In this document: positions 1-11,882 of the stretch, in pieces
How the letters are laid out: the number at the start of each line of letters is the position of its first letter
Numbering within the stretch: the first letter of the stretch is position 1
DNA from: Perkinsus olseni
Taxonomy: Eukaryota
DNA: 64,000 bases
Assembly (NCBI GenBank): GCA_013115125.1
Contig: JABANN010000071.1
Span: 1-64,000 of the forward strand
Direction: 5' to 3'
Program-made: the position numbers and the translations under genes
The notes under the pieces: model-generated
Told to the model about the DNA's origin: nothing
The model's database searches: none
What the model saw: only the letters and a program-made list of their open reading frames with translations

Positions 1-325
1 CAGGCCATGGGGACAGATCGGCCACAATAACGTATTACAGTAGGCAATCATTGAAAAGGCGGTTCACTACAAACACTACTGCTAGCGGCAGAAACCGACT
101 ACTGTTGAGATTGGCTCTAGCAGAAGCACAGATTTCTGAAAAAATGCCAACTGGTATGTGGTACCAGTAAGGCTGAGCGAAGAACAAAGCCGACACTGAC
201 GTTCACGGTTCAATCACCCATGACCTTCGATAATGATGTAGCAAAAACTCTCCATATCGCCACACTGAGAATATGAGAGACTTGACACCCCCACATACTC
301 CCTGGTCTCGTGTTCTCATCGAGAT

Positions 326-1600
326 TCACTGTCCCTCTCCTCGGGAGCTACAAGACACGACACCTTTAGGCTGCCCTGGACGATAAAATTGGACGCCATC
401 GATGCCTTCGACGAACTTGCACTCTCTATGAGCTCTCAAAAACGCCTTCACTATCGGGGTATTGTCCACCCTGTAGTAATGTCCTAGAACAGGTTTGATA
501 GCTTCAGTGGCTTCCCTCGCGTGGTAGCAAGGTATCCTCGAGTCGATATGATGCAGCACATGGGTAGTACCGATCTCATGGTGAAAATGGGTTGAAAACA
601 GACCGTAAGGTGGACGATCCACGGAGGCCAGAGCCCCTCTGATGAAGGTGAAGGCCTCATCACCGTAATGAGGGACACCTCCATGCGTATGCTGAAGGGA
701 TGTGTAGAGGGTGAGCCAACCGTTAGTCATAAGATAAGGACAACCATACCACAACACCACATTGTCAAGGCCGACAATCTTCGCACAATAGGCTGCGATC
801 AGAAGGCTGATGATGCAACCAAGTCCACTGAGGAGAACCTTCTCCCTCATGTGAGGAGGAAAGAGGCCACCATCAGGGTTAAAGTGGGAGGGCTTCACCT
901 TGTTGTAAGGGCGGCCATCATACCCCACACGCCCACCGGTTACGTTCCAGAAGAGATAAATAGGGAAGCCGAAGAGAAGCATCGCCAAAGGAAAAACCGG
1001 GAAGACCTCGTCAAGGCTGTAGTCCTCTAGGGTGTTCTGTATGCGGCTGAATGCGTTGAGTTCATGTTTGAGGCTCGCTACGTGCGTCTCCCCTTTGGTT
1101 ATATGATTGGTGAACTTGTGATGCCTGGAGTGAGAGTATTGCCAACTGAAATACGGCACCAATAAGGCCGAGTGGAGGACAAACCCAACACTGTCATTGA
1201 CCAATGGGTAGGGAGAGAACGCGCCATGACCACACTCGTGGCCCATCACCCAAATACCAGTAAAAAAGACACCTTGCCAGAAGATGTAAACACACCAGAG
1301 GCCTCCTCTGAGCAGAGCATAGTCCTCCGGTATTGAGGTTAACAGCAGGTAGTGGATAGTAGCACAAGCCGTGATGTACAGGAGATCTCTCACGACACAC
1401 GAAGCAGACCTCAGAAGGCTCCTCTCTCTACAATGCAGAGGTATAGCCGATTGCAGAGCAGGCACAGAAGGTCCAACCTTCAAGAACTCTTCAGCAGTGA
1501 GGCCTTTCGTATCAGCTTCAGTCCTCAAATCCCCGGCAGCCTCAGGAGAAGGACGAAGTTCAACGGTCTCGGTTTGAGTGATAGTAGTGGTCGAGCACAT
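326..1600 (-). CDS. FAD2: Delta-12 (omega-6) fatty acid desaturase, intronless
   Basis: Three His boxes HECGH, HSRHH and HVLHH in FAD2-like contexts (LLVPYFSWQYSH, LQHTH, IPCYHAREAT). Likely start MCSTTT at 1600 after a pyrimidine-rich AG. Confidence 0.93.
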   Translation of the reverse strand: MCSTTTITQTETVELRPSPEAAGDLRTEADTKGLTAEEFLKVGPSVPALQSAIPLHCRERSLLRSASCVVRDLLYITACATIHYLLLTSIPEDYALLRGGLWCVYIFWQGVFFTGIWVMGHECGHGAFSPYPLVNDSVGFVLHSALLVPYFSWQYSHSRHHKFTNHITKGETHVASLKHELNAFSRIQNTLEDYSLDEVFPVFPLAMLLFGFPIYLFWNVTGGRVGYDGRPYNKVKPSHFNPDGGLFPPHMREKVLLSGLGCIISLLIAAYCAKIVGLDNVVLWYGCPYLMTNGWLTLYTSLQHTHGGVPHYGDEAFTFIRGALASVDRPPYGLFSTHFHHEIGTTHVLHHIDSRIPCYHAREATEAIKPVLGHYYRVDNTPIVKAFLRAHRECKFVEGIDGVQFYRPGQPKGVVSCSSRGEGQ

Positions 1601-2264
1601 GGTATACAAGGAGACAAAAATAGGCTTCTGCGAAGGGAAAAATGATGAAGATGTCCATCCCACAGCGCTGAGATGAAGCTAAAGATGGGCACCGTATCAC
1701 TCTCTTCCACTCTCCAGGTGAAACCGATAGCTACTATCGGACAGTATCTTTGTGTTCTGAGACACGAAAAACAAGCTCGGAAAACAGGTCCAGTGAGCCA
1801 GCACGGGAAGGACGCGATGCATGCTACACTCAAACGAGTTAACAGTGTTAACGCAACAAAATGGAGAGGCCTCATTGAGGCCGCCTCGAGCTGAGTGGTT
1901 ACTTGAAGTAGGCTACTTGAAGCAGAGGGACGGGAGTGGCGATAGAGGGCTAGCTTGCACACGAACTGTGGGTGTGCTGCGGAGCAGTAGTGTGATGATA
2001 CTGGGTGATGGTAGTTGTCGAGCACATGCTTTACAAGAAAAGAGAAAAGGGCACGGTGGGAATAAATTATTCTGAATAATGACGAAATTGGCCTGCCGCA
2101 CTGGAACCCAACATCAACACTGGCAGGTGTACAGGCGATAGCGTAACGCTGTGACAGTAGTGACGGGTGAGAAGAGGGAGCTCCTCGAAGAAAAGCATCT
2201 CCTACTATCAGCTTATGGCTCCACAGAAAAACAACATGAAAAACAGTATACTCGGAGGCGATTG

Positions 2265-3922
2265 TCAATCGCGCTTCTTCGCGGACTTGGACTTCACCGC
2301 CGTGGGCTTTCTCAACTCGTTTATCCGTTTCTCCGTCATGGGCGCAGTGAAAACTATAAGTATTGCCAACCATTGAACCGGTAGTATTCTATGGCCAAAC
2401 ATCAATACCGACAAGACCTGACAAGCCACCACTGAAGGCACGGAGTAACTCGGCCGACTTACCACGCTGACCAGCTTCCTCACTGTGGTGGTCTTGGCTA
2501 CCGCTAGAGCGCCAAACTCCTTCTGCATGAGAAAGATGAACACGTTACCCAAGGACATCGTCATGCAGTAGAGGGCAAGACGAGAGCCGACCTGAAACCA
2601 CTGTACTGCGGCGTGCACAGCAGCTGGTGTTACACGCGACCAACCTCATAGGGATCCTCCATAACGAACTTGAAGGCGGGCACAATCTCGTTGTTGTAAA
2701 TAGCCATACCCAGGGCAACCTGTAGCCAGTCGTTCCATGCTAGAAAGGGGTTGCTAGGATGATGACTTACCACAAGTTCAAAGAAGTTCATGTTGAACAT
2801 GAGGACCCAGTTGGAGGGATTGTGCTTTTTACAGATCTTATTCTGATAGGGGCCGTAGATAGCATCACAAACCAACGCCATACAAGCGAGCGACGCCCCT
2901 GAGTCACAGTGAAGGTCGAACGAAGACAAGATACGATACTTGTCCTACCGAAAAGCATCTCAGAATCCCAAGTCAAACCCTTGCCGGCTGACGACGATGC
3001 TGCCTTCGCGTACCTGAAGGGAAGTCGTCCATGCGGCTGTTGCTCGAATGTGACGGATGAGGCCATTACATGAAGAGTGCCACACCGCCACTGAGCTGGA
3101 TGACGTTAATGGTCTTCGCTAGGCTGGGGGGATGGTGGGCAATGACTATCTCCCCTATCATCACTGGTATGGACTTACACGACTTGATAATAACCTGATA
3201 TACGCTAACAAGCTCGTCGCTATCGACAGGCTCCCCCGCTAGGAATATTGAGAATGAGCCACCGGAAAGCCAGACCTGCGATGGTAGAATTTACCCAAGC
3301 CCCACCTGCAAGGGGAATATGATGTGCTTCAAGGCAGCTAAACCAAAGCTGTGCGCTCCCAAATATCCAAGGGCCACCACGAACCAGTCCCTTACGGGCA
3401 CATTGGCCGTCCATCTAGAATGCTATCATCAAAGACAAGGATCTACGAATTAGCGACATTACTTGTTAACGGGCTTGAGCGATTTCTCCTCGTTGCTGGC
3501 GGTGGTGGGGGATCGAGAGAAACAGATAACAGTGCCAGAAACGATAACGTTACTTATGCATTGGCACACAATGAGGGCCTGACGACAACTGTGGTGGCAC
3601 GACTGGTCTTCTATGGTCGGCAGAAGGTCACCTCGGTCCATACAAAACGCCGGCCATTGAACTCCTGGCGAGTCAAAGATTCCTGGCAGTATCCGAAAAC
3701 CGTGAAAGATATCCATATACCCAATGACAGGAATCTGAGGTCGACGACCCTGGGATTTGACGAGTCTCGGGCAAGCGTGGTCTACGCATATCTAATGGCG
3801 GTCGGGTCGAGTCTCCACTGGCTCTCGGTGGAGCCATTTGTGGCAGTTGGCTTGGCCTCAGCTGTGGTGTCGCTTTTCTCACCAGCAGTGTGAGTCCCTC
3901 TCTTGACAGGCTTCAAAACCAT
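2265..3922 (-). CDS. UAA-family UDP-galactose/nucleotide-sugar transporter (SLC35B1-like), multi-exon
   Basis: Spliced by eye: FGYCQESLTR, ALKHIIFPLQ|VIIKSCKSIPVMIG, LVCDAIYGPYQNKI, FGALAVAKTTTVRK, basic C-terminal tail KKRD. Confidence 0.88.
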
Positions 3923-4175
3923 TCAATAATGAACAGATTAGAACTGATACGGCAACGGCGGGACTGAGGGTGTTGTGAGCAAGGCAACAACACAAAGCAG
4001 CACAAAACCCGGATAATCTAACCGAGGATTGGTACAGTAGAGTGAATATAAGAACTATTCCTATTGGTACGATCATTATCATGTAAAAAGTCTAATATCA
4101 AGTATGAAAAAATGATACTTGACCGACCTCATGGAGGCTCTCAGGAAACAAAAGAGCGGTGCATTCTGCCAATAC

Positions 4176-5187
4176 TCAGGCAGCCGAGGCATCACTGCGG
4201 CTCTGGTGGCTGAAGACACGTAAACCCACAAAGAAAGGCCCAAGGGACTTCAGGTAGTAGGAGGTGTGCTCAGTCTTGCGCATATCTTGAACGACCTACA
4301 AGACAATGGATAAGGACATGACGACGCCACAGGCGCCCTACCTTGCTCAAAGCGTGTAGGTCCTTGCCAACTAGCCCCACCACGAACTCATTATCATTAG
4401 CGTCAATGCCGTAGCAGTTGAGCCGAATGTCGTAGGCGGCGCCAACCTGAGAAGACAGTCATGTGATAGGAGTGACCGAATGCCACGCTACCTCAGCGAA
4501 GGCTCGGCCAATAGCGGCATGATGAAGGAGCATGCGGCATTGCTCGGCAGGGGTCTGCATGTAGAAGTCACCGCTCCTTCGCATGGGGTACCACACAGCG
4601 TACGGAGCATCAGATCTGGTAGCGTTCCTCGGAACCTTCTTAATCAGGAAGTCCATCAAGCTCGGCTCGTGACCACTGGAATAGGTCTTGCCGAACATTG
4701 TCCACCCCGGACGAGGAGTAAGGACATCACCAATGCCGCCCATCTGCAGTATCGGATTCACGACCTTCGGGAAGTGAGAGGGATCGGTGCTCCAAGTGAG
4801 CAGGCCGATCGATCTCGGGCCGTTGACATCATCATACACCACTGAGGAGACATCGCGCGCCTCTAACTGTTTCTTCAGCTTGTCCCTTGCTGCTGGTAGT
4901 TTGGTACTGTCGGTAGCGTCCAAGACGTGCAGTTGAACATACAACCTTTGCTCAGATGTCTGACCATTACCGCCCTTCTCGTACGGCACTGGTGGATCTA
5001 CCTTGGGGAAGGACATATGGCTCGTGGCCGTCCTGGCGTCGCTGCTCGCTCCGCCAGCCCGAGTATACAGAGAGCTCGCGAGGCGCTGCAGGAATCTGGG
5101 GAGCCCAGACTCTGCTTCGACGTTGTTCTTGTAGAGAAGTAGGGCGGCACTGCCAATGGCAACACCTGCGGTTGCCAGCAGCAGCAT
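4176..5187 (-). CDS. Chlorite dismutase/coproheme decarboxylase (Cld/ChdC) family heme protein, 3 exons, hydrophobic N-terminus
   Basis: WYPMRRSGDFY...MLLHHAAIGRAF. Exon 2 YDIRLNCYGIDANDNEFVVGLVGKDLHALSK. Exon 3 VVQDMRKTEHTSYYLKSLGPFFVG. Confidence 0.8.
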
Positions 5188-5486
5188 CGTCGTCTGTCGA
5201 TCAACCCTGACTGAGAACTCCGAGACGCGTGAGAAGGGCGAACTCATTAGGATGGAAAATGCTGCACCCGAGGGAAGGGGAAGCATGAGCGAGCATGTAG
5301 TATTACGCAACGAACGATGTACGATGAAGTGATGATAGAAACGTTTACACTGACAGACGTGTAGTTCAGTAGTGGTAGTAGCAGCAGTAATGAGTCATAA
5401 CGATAAAGCAATCAGCATCATCATTCGTGTAGTACAGGCAATCTCGGGCAGACAACACTAATTGACGGTGACAGAGACAACACGAC

Positions 5487-8227
5487 TTAGAGGAGCTCAC
5501 CACTGCTAGTGGGGGATGGGGGACGGGCGAAGATGGGGTCGATAGGGCTGAATGCCCTTGATTCAGGATTATCATCGATTCGACGTTGTGTGTACGTAGG
5601 TGGAGGTGGTGGTGGCGGACGGTCGGGTAGCCCTCCCCTCACAGGGTAGAGATGACTGCTGCTTGGAGGCTCTCCCCAGCGAGATGGAGGTGCACGGGTA
5701 GGGGGAGGGTGATGATTCCCCGTGAATGGTGACATCCCGCCCCGATTGGATGACTCCCACGGCGATGCTTGCCTTTGTGGTGATGATGGCGATAAAGAGT
5801 AGGCCTGACTGTGTCCGGGCGGTGGCGGGCCTGGCCTATGATAGACTCCTCGCCTGTGGCCGCCTCTACCTCCTGTGTAATGTGGGACCGGACGGTGATC
5901 AACGATGTTAACATGTTCTTGCTGATGGCCAGGAAGAGAGGACTCGGTGTACGGGACAGTATGATAAACATCTCCCGAACTCCTTAGCCTTCCCGTTGGT
6001 ACTACGACATGGTAACCACCAGGAGGATTAGCCGGACCACTCTGCGGCCCATAGCGATAGTCGAGAGGTGGGATACTTGGCTGCCAGTCCGAGACAGGCC
6101 TGAGCGAGGACAACTCGGCATGCGCAGGCACGGTGGCCTGCGACAGAGTTATCACCTCGCGGGCAACGGTTGAGGCACATGCTCATCATCAGTGCGAGCC
6201 GATTTCCTCACAGCCACGCCATGCGCCCTCCTCCTTGGCGACAACAGCACGGGCCTAGTCCCCTGCTCACTACCAGTCGCTTCCGATGAGTTGGAGGTGA
6301 AACCCTCAGAATGGGGTCGCTTGTTGTGACGGAGGTCATATAACATAGCCAAACAGTCCTTACAAGTACCCTTTTCATGATGATCTCTGAAGTAACTGAA
6401 AGCAGCCGGCATCAGAGCCGCGGCTGCTGATGCCAACATCAAATATTACCGGCACTTGATTTGGTCAATCGATGCACTCGAACACTCACCACAAGCCCTT
6501 GCGTGTTTCATGAACGACCTGAGCAACGACATAAAGTATTCCTGAGTCAAAGAGTCCTAAGATGTCAACGATACTCCAGCCGTCTCCCCTTACTCGCATG
6601 CCGACTGCAGCTGATGCTGCGCTCCCACGCCTCTCTGCGGCACCGCGGCATCACCATCAACTTCCATATAGTGGCGTTCCTCCACGGGGACCGCCCGCTC
6701 GGGCGAGATAGCGGGTTGCAACGATACCGCATCTTGACCAAATCCCTCCGCGGGCACTCTCTCAGACCTCGCAGGGGCCGCCCACGACGTATGGGAGCTT
6801 CTATTGGCACTCCTGTTCTGCCCGCCTTGCCACTCTCCAGACGCCCATTGAACGTTATTCTTATGAGCCTTACCACCGATATGCGCTCTCATCGTGTCGG
6901 GGTGCATAGCCTTGACCACTTTGCTCATCTGTTTGTAACACAGTAGACAGAACATCTCCCACTCCTTGAAACAGTAGTCATCGCCCAGCAGCCCACACCC
7001 GGGCCAGCCCTGCCGTATGCCGGAATCATAAAGTGCTGTAGCGCCTTGGAGCGGCTCTTCATACCACTTCACCATCTGCCCCACATGCCACTCCTTCAGA
7101 TGAGGATTATCGGCAGGTGGCAACTCCTCCTCCGTCACAGCAGGAATCTTGGTGTCCTTAGTAGCCGCAGCAGCGGCAGCAGCAGCAGCAGCAGCAGCCG
7201 CGGCCACCGCCGCCGCTGGTGAGCTTTCTCCAGTGATGCACTCTAAGGACTTCCTATGCTCCCTCCCGGCGAGATGGCTCTCCATTGAGGACGCTGACAC
7301 CGCATGAACAATTCTACCACGTTGCTCATGGCAGATCAGACAGAACATATCCCAATCGACGAACTTATAATCATGACCCAGGAAAGAGCTCCCCGGCCAT
7401 GCCTGCCGCACCCCAGCAGCGTACAACTCCTCGGCCTTCTCCTCCTTAATACAATACCACCGTACCATCTCTTTCACATGCCAGTCATGATTGTGCATAT
7501 CACCCTTGCCAGGGAGCCTCACACCATCTAGCACCCCATCGTCCACGAACTCGTCACCATCAACCTTGTCCTGCTTTTTCACCGGCGCCTTCGGGACTTT
7601 TCTGCCCTGAATTGCGCGCCGAGGGGCCACATCCGGCATGCCAGGTTTCGGCTGCAGCACGTCGTCCCTCAGCGACCCCGCCATGATAGCCCTACGGACA
7701 CCCCATCGACCGTATGCCGTCCGCGCTTGCCATCGCCACATCTTTATAGCCTCCGGCGACTCCCTCGCCAACGTCAACGTCGCCTCAGCAGTGGGACACT
7801 CTTCCACGCTAGTCGGCATCTTGAAACCATCACTCTGCTTTATCGGTGGAAATTTCACCCCGTCCACCATCACCTCGTCAGTACCACATTTTCTATGATT
7901 CCTGAGTATATGTGCCTTGATCAGTCGCATAGAGAAGGGGCTCCACATAGCCCAGTCGCCGCAGCCTAGGCATATCACACCATCACCCACCACTACGATA
8001 GAGCTGCCCCAAAAGCAAGCATTGAAAACTCTTTCGTTCTCATCAACCTGACGGAACCTACAGGAACCACGATCACTACGTCAACCATGTCCAGTAGTCG
8101 ATCAAGTGCGTTACAGATCTTTGCATCGTTTCAGCTGCTCCGCCATGAACAAGCGCATTCTCTCCTCTCTATCAACCTCTCCCCCTTCTGGCTGTTTCCC
8201 TTCCACCGACGGTACTGATGATGTCAT
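5487..8227 (-). CDS. Hypothetical protein with two matrin/U1-type C2H2 zinc-finger repeats, a poly-Ala linker and a Pro/Gly-rich C-terminus (may be more than one gene)
   Basis: CLICH...HLAGREH and CLLCY...HIGGKAH in the 6590-7993 ORF. Collinear minus-strand ORFs at 6152-6442 and 5487-6155. Confidence 0.55.
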
Positions 8228-8474
8228 CAACACTCAAAACTTACCGCCACGCAGTGCCGTCGACACAGCAATACACTACGTCAATCAAACGAAGTTCTTC
8301 TCCACTAACCTACCCCACCCAGCCCCCAAGCCCTCGAATTACAACTCAACTGACGATGCTGTTAACTCGTAGTAAGTGGGGATAACCCCTTAGGAGACAC
8401 TCTTATTGCAGGGAAGCATCCACTGCAACGATAGTGGAGGAGAACACTAAGAATAGTACATCGAAGACCTTCGC

Positions 8475-9239
8475 TTAAGCGGACTGGGCGGCAGCGGCGA
8501 TGATCTCGGTGAACTGGGGCTTGAGGGAAGCACCACCGACGAGGAAACCATCAACATCGGCGCACTTGATCAACTCACCGCAGTTGCCGGGGTTGACGGA
8601 ACCGCCGTAAAGGATACGGGTGTTCTCAGCGACCTCGGGGCTGACCTTAGACTTGAGGTAAGCCCTGATGGCGGCGTGGGTCTCCTGAGCCTGCTCAGTG
8701 GTGGCGACCTTGCCGGTGCCAATGGCCCAGACGGGCTCGTAGGCGATGACGATGTTGTTCCAGTCCTTGACGACAGGGACGATAGCATCCATCTGAGTGG
8801 CGCAGACCTCGTCAGTCTTGCCGGACTCACGCTCCTCGAGCATCTCACCGATGCAGAAGATGATCTTCAAACCAGCGGCCTCAGCCTTGACAACCTTGGC
8901 GGCGAGATCCTCGTTGGTCTCGTTGAAGAGATGACGCCTCTCAGAGTGGCCAAGGATGGTCCAGTTGAGACCAGCATCCTTGATCATGTCAGCGGTGATC
9001 TCACCAGTGTAAGCGCCAGGGCCGGTCTTACTGCAGTTCTGAGCAGAGACCTGGATGTTGGAGCCCTTGAACTGCTCCATGGCCAAAGGGAGGTGGATGG
9101 CGGTGGGGGCGATGACGACGTCGACGGCGTCCTTGTTATATGTGGACTCACCAGCAACAAGGGAGGGGGCAAGCTTCTTGATAGACTCAACGCTGCCGTT
9201 AGATTTCCAGTTACCACCGACGAAAGGCTTGGGAGACAT
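8475..9239 (-). CDS. TPI: Triosephosphate isomerase, intronless
   Basis: FVGGNWK, ILGHSERR, AYEPVWAIGTG, YGGSV, GFLVGGASL. Confidence 0.98.
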   Translation of the reverse strand: MSPKPFVGGNWKSNGSVESIKKLAPSLVAGESTYNKDAVDVVIAPTAIHLPLAMEQFKGSNIQVSAQNCSKTGPGAYTGEITADMIKDAGLNWTILGHSERRHLFNETNEDLAAKVVKAEAAGLKIIFCIGEMLEERESGKTDEVCATQMDAIVPVVKDWNNIVIAYEPVWAIGTGKVATTEQAQETHAAIRAYLKSKVSPEVAENTRILYGGSVNPGNCGELIKCADVDGFLVGGASLKPQFTEIIAAAAQSA

Positions 9240-9517
9240 GTTGATTGTTGTTGGAATAGTAAACACTACTTGATGGCGTGGGCCGAATGCTACTACAGCC
9301 AGCAGCGAAGCGGAACGTAAACCGCGCGCGCCATAGTAATCGATAAGACCGACTGCGCAGGCACCCCACCGGAGAGAAACAAAACAAGAATGCATCAACG
9401 TTATGTTAGGAACCAAACTTAAACCGCTTCTGTCTTTCCCATTCATCCCACTCCTCCCCTTGATCGTCGCCATCACCCTCTTGCCCGCCCTCCCCAGCTA
9501 TGCCGGTTGAACCGTGC

Positions 9518-10102
9518 TCAGTGAGGTAGCTGGTCATGATACGCACCTTCGTAAAAGATCTTCCGCCGTCCATGGTGTCCAGTCTGAGGAGTGTAACGAG
9601 TCGATGCCAACACTAGCCCCGTCCCCCCTAATAACCTCTCCTGAGCGTTCTCGGTTTGTTCCCTGTCCATGCGCTCGTTTGTCCGCACCTGTCCCTTAAC
9701 CAGAGAACTGAGCATATGCGTGTTTGGCTTGAACCTGATAATCACCACTGACAGCGGCAGAGTACTGACAGAGACTCACTTCCGTTTATGGGTCCCTGGC
9801 TTCCTTTGTCCACCATTCGACGTACTACAACTGCTACTACTACTGCTGCTGCAGCTAGAGGAACTACTCTCGTCGCTGTCGCTGCTCTCACTACTACTGC
9901 TACTGCTACTGTCGTCGTCATCACTACTGCTGCTACTACTGCTCCCTTCTGGCGACTCTCTCGGACCCCTCTCAGTTGACTGTGGCCCGTCCAGTGGTAC
10001 TCCTCTGCGTTCAGGCTTAGGAACACCACCGCTCGGCCGAGCCAATCGCCGAGCCTCCCACTTCATCGCTAGACGCTCTAATGGCGTCGGCTCTTTGGAC
10101 AT
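9518..10102 (-). CDS. Hypothetical Ser/Asp-rich low-complexity protein
   Basis: ORF MSKEPTPLERLAMKWEARR... with poly-Ser encoded by a trinucleotide tract, followed by a GTGAG donor. The 3' end is uncertain. Confidence 0.4.
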
Positions 10103-10256
10103 TCTAAGCGACACTACCAAAACCACTCCCATATGGTTATAAAACTGTGACTAAACGCACGACAAGTGTTCGAAACTGCAATCTTCAGTCAAAATCACAG
10201 CAAGAGGTGTGTGACAGTTATGACTGCCATCTGAAGAACGGATGAATCATCTTCAT

Positions 10257-10595
10257 TTATCTCTCTTGAGACTTCTCCGTCTCCGTCTTCAGTCTAGGGC
10301 AATCCGGGCAAAGATCAGGCATGCAAGCATCAGGGTGGATGCACACGAACTTCAAGACATCTCCCTCAGGGTTCGTAACCATACCCAACTTGTCGTCGAC
10401 ACATACAGCCTGGCTGCCAGGAAGGAACCACTGCTTGTCGATTCCGTCAGGGCGAGGGACAGTAGCCTGAGTGCCGTCCTCCAGGGCCACAGTAACGGTC
10501 CTAGCAGCGACGCTGGCTATCTGACCACCACGCACTGTAGCGAAAAATCGCCTTGAAAATGTGCTGAAAGCGGACGAAGAAACAGAGGATAACAT
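10257..10595 (-). CDS. Small hypothetical protein with a mitochondrial-type presequence and a Cys-rich C-terminus
   Basis: MLSSVSSSAFSTFSRRFFAT leader; CIHPDACMPDLCPDC. Confidence 0.55.
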   Translation of the reverse strand: MLSSVSSSAFSTFSRRFFATVRGGQIASVAARTVTVALEDGTQATVPRPDGIDKQWFLPGSQAVCVDDKLGMVTNPEGDVLKFVCIHPDACMPDLCPDCPRLKTETEKSQER

Positions 10596-10695
10596 CACTA
10601 TCTTGTTGAGAAAAAACTACAACTGCTTTGACAAGGACTTCTCACTTGCAGCCAAACGCATCAACACAACTCAAGAGGGGACGTGCACGGAAACA

Positions 10696-11882
10696 TCAAC
10701 CTTGACCAGGGGGACTGGTGAAGCCTTTCATGAGTCTAACACCAACATTGTGGGCTTCTGTGATACCCCTCGGGATACTCCCCACCACTGCTGAGCTCGG
10801 AAGACACGACGACACATCAGTTATTCTACCGTGCTTGCCCAACGCCTCACGGACAGCTCTGAACGTCATCCAGTAGGGCGGAGCGAAGAGGCTGAGGTGA
10901 GGCTCAAAGGGAGGGCAGAGAGCGTGAAGGCAGAGAACTGAGAACTCCGAGGGATACCGGAAGCCGAATTGGGTCTGTTTGAGCAGCTCCACGGCGAGAG
11001 ACGTGGGTTTGCCTTTATCAGCCACCAAAGACTGATGGAGGGCCTCCACGCACTGGGCATGGAGATTGTCAAGCTGCTGAAGATGGCCCCGATTCAAACA
11101 CCTGCGATGAAACTACCGTGGGAATTAGGCGACACCAAACACAAGCTAGTAAGCTACTCCGAGACAACTCTCCGTTGAGACCCCTGTCCCGACTGACCTA
11201 GACAACTCTCCGTTGAGACCCCTGTCCCGACTGACCTGATGTCATAGCTCCTAGACGACTTGGTGATACCCAAAACATGGTGGCCTGAAGTGCTAGAGGG
11301 CCAGGGGCAGTCCATGACCAGTGTATCGAAGTCGGCATGCCATACTCTAGATGGCTTTGCTCCAGTGAATCTACACGAAGCCTAGTCATGTGGCTGTCCC
11401 GTTTTGTGTCGCGAACAGTACTTACAGTCGACTAAGCTTCTGTGGCCTGTGGTGACGAGAGGCCTGCCCCTTCTCTTGAAGAAGCTTCGGTGTCGGCTTG
11501 GCCACCATTACAGCCTCTAGTAGCGGATCGTGCTGGCCGACTGGTCTTATGTTGCCATCCCCTACAGCTTCACCGCACGCCACGCAGCGAGAGACCGGCA
11601 GCAAATTAGGCAGACCGCAGCTGAAAACAACCAGCGAATGAGCACCAGTCAACCACAGTGACCCTACCTTGAGCAAATCTTCTTGTGCGTGCGGTGCCCG
11701 AAATAACGGGAAGCCTCAGCGGCAGGTGGATTATCATCAGGCTGGACCGTTGCGCTGCTATTGGTGGTGTAATGCTTATACGCCGTCACTCTCGCTATAG
11801 ACGGTGCTCGGGCCAGGACCATGCTAGTCCCACATAGTGTTGCTAGCACTGGAACCCTTGCACAGTGAAGTGGTTTAGCCAT
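10696..11882 (-). CDS. HIT-superfamily (HINT3/DcpS C-terminal-like) protein with a degenerate triad, multi-exon
   Basis: Spliced frame VWHADFDTLVMDCPWPSSTSGHHVLGITK...YDIR|CLNRGHLQQL...FGFRYPSEFSVLCLHALCPP. Confidence 0.55.
11162..11237. repeat. Perfect 38-bp tandem duplication spanning a 5' splice site
   Basis: agacaactctccgttgagacccctgtcccgactgacct occurs twice, at 11162-11199 and 11200-11237. Confidence 0.95.

Noticed and set aside
1525-2373. 282-aa minus-strand ORF
   Set aside because: Overlaps two real genes out of frame and has no recognisable motif.
3351-3893. 180-aa plus-strand ORF
   Set aside because: Antisense shadow of the UAA transporter exons.
3960-4132. Possible micro-gene with a hydrophobic stretch (MIMIVPIGIVLIFTLLY)
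   Set aside because: AT-rich intergenic sequence readily gives hydrophobic codons, and the splice model is ambiguous.
8676-9320. 214-aa plus-strand ORF
   Set aside because: Antisense shadow of the codon-biased TPI gene.
11162-11237. CRISPR-like 38-bp repeat
   Set aside because: Only two directly abutting copies, no spacer, no cas genes, eukaryotic intron context.
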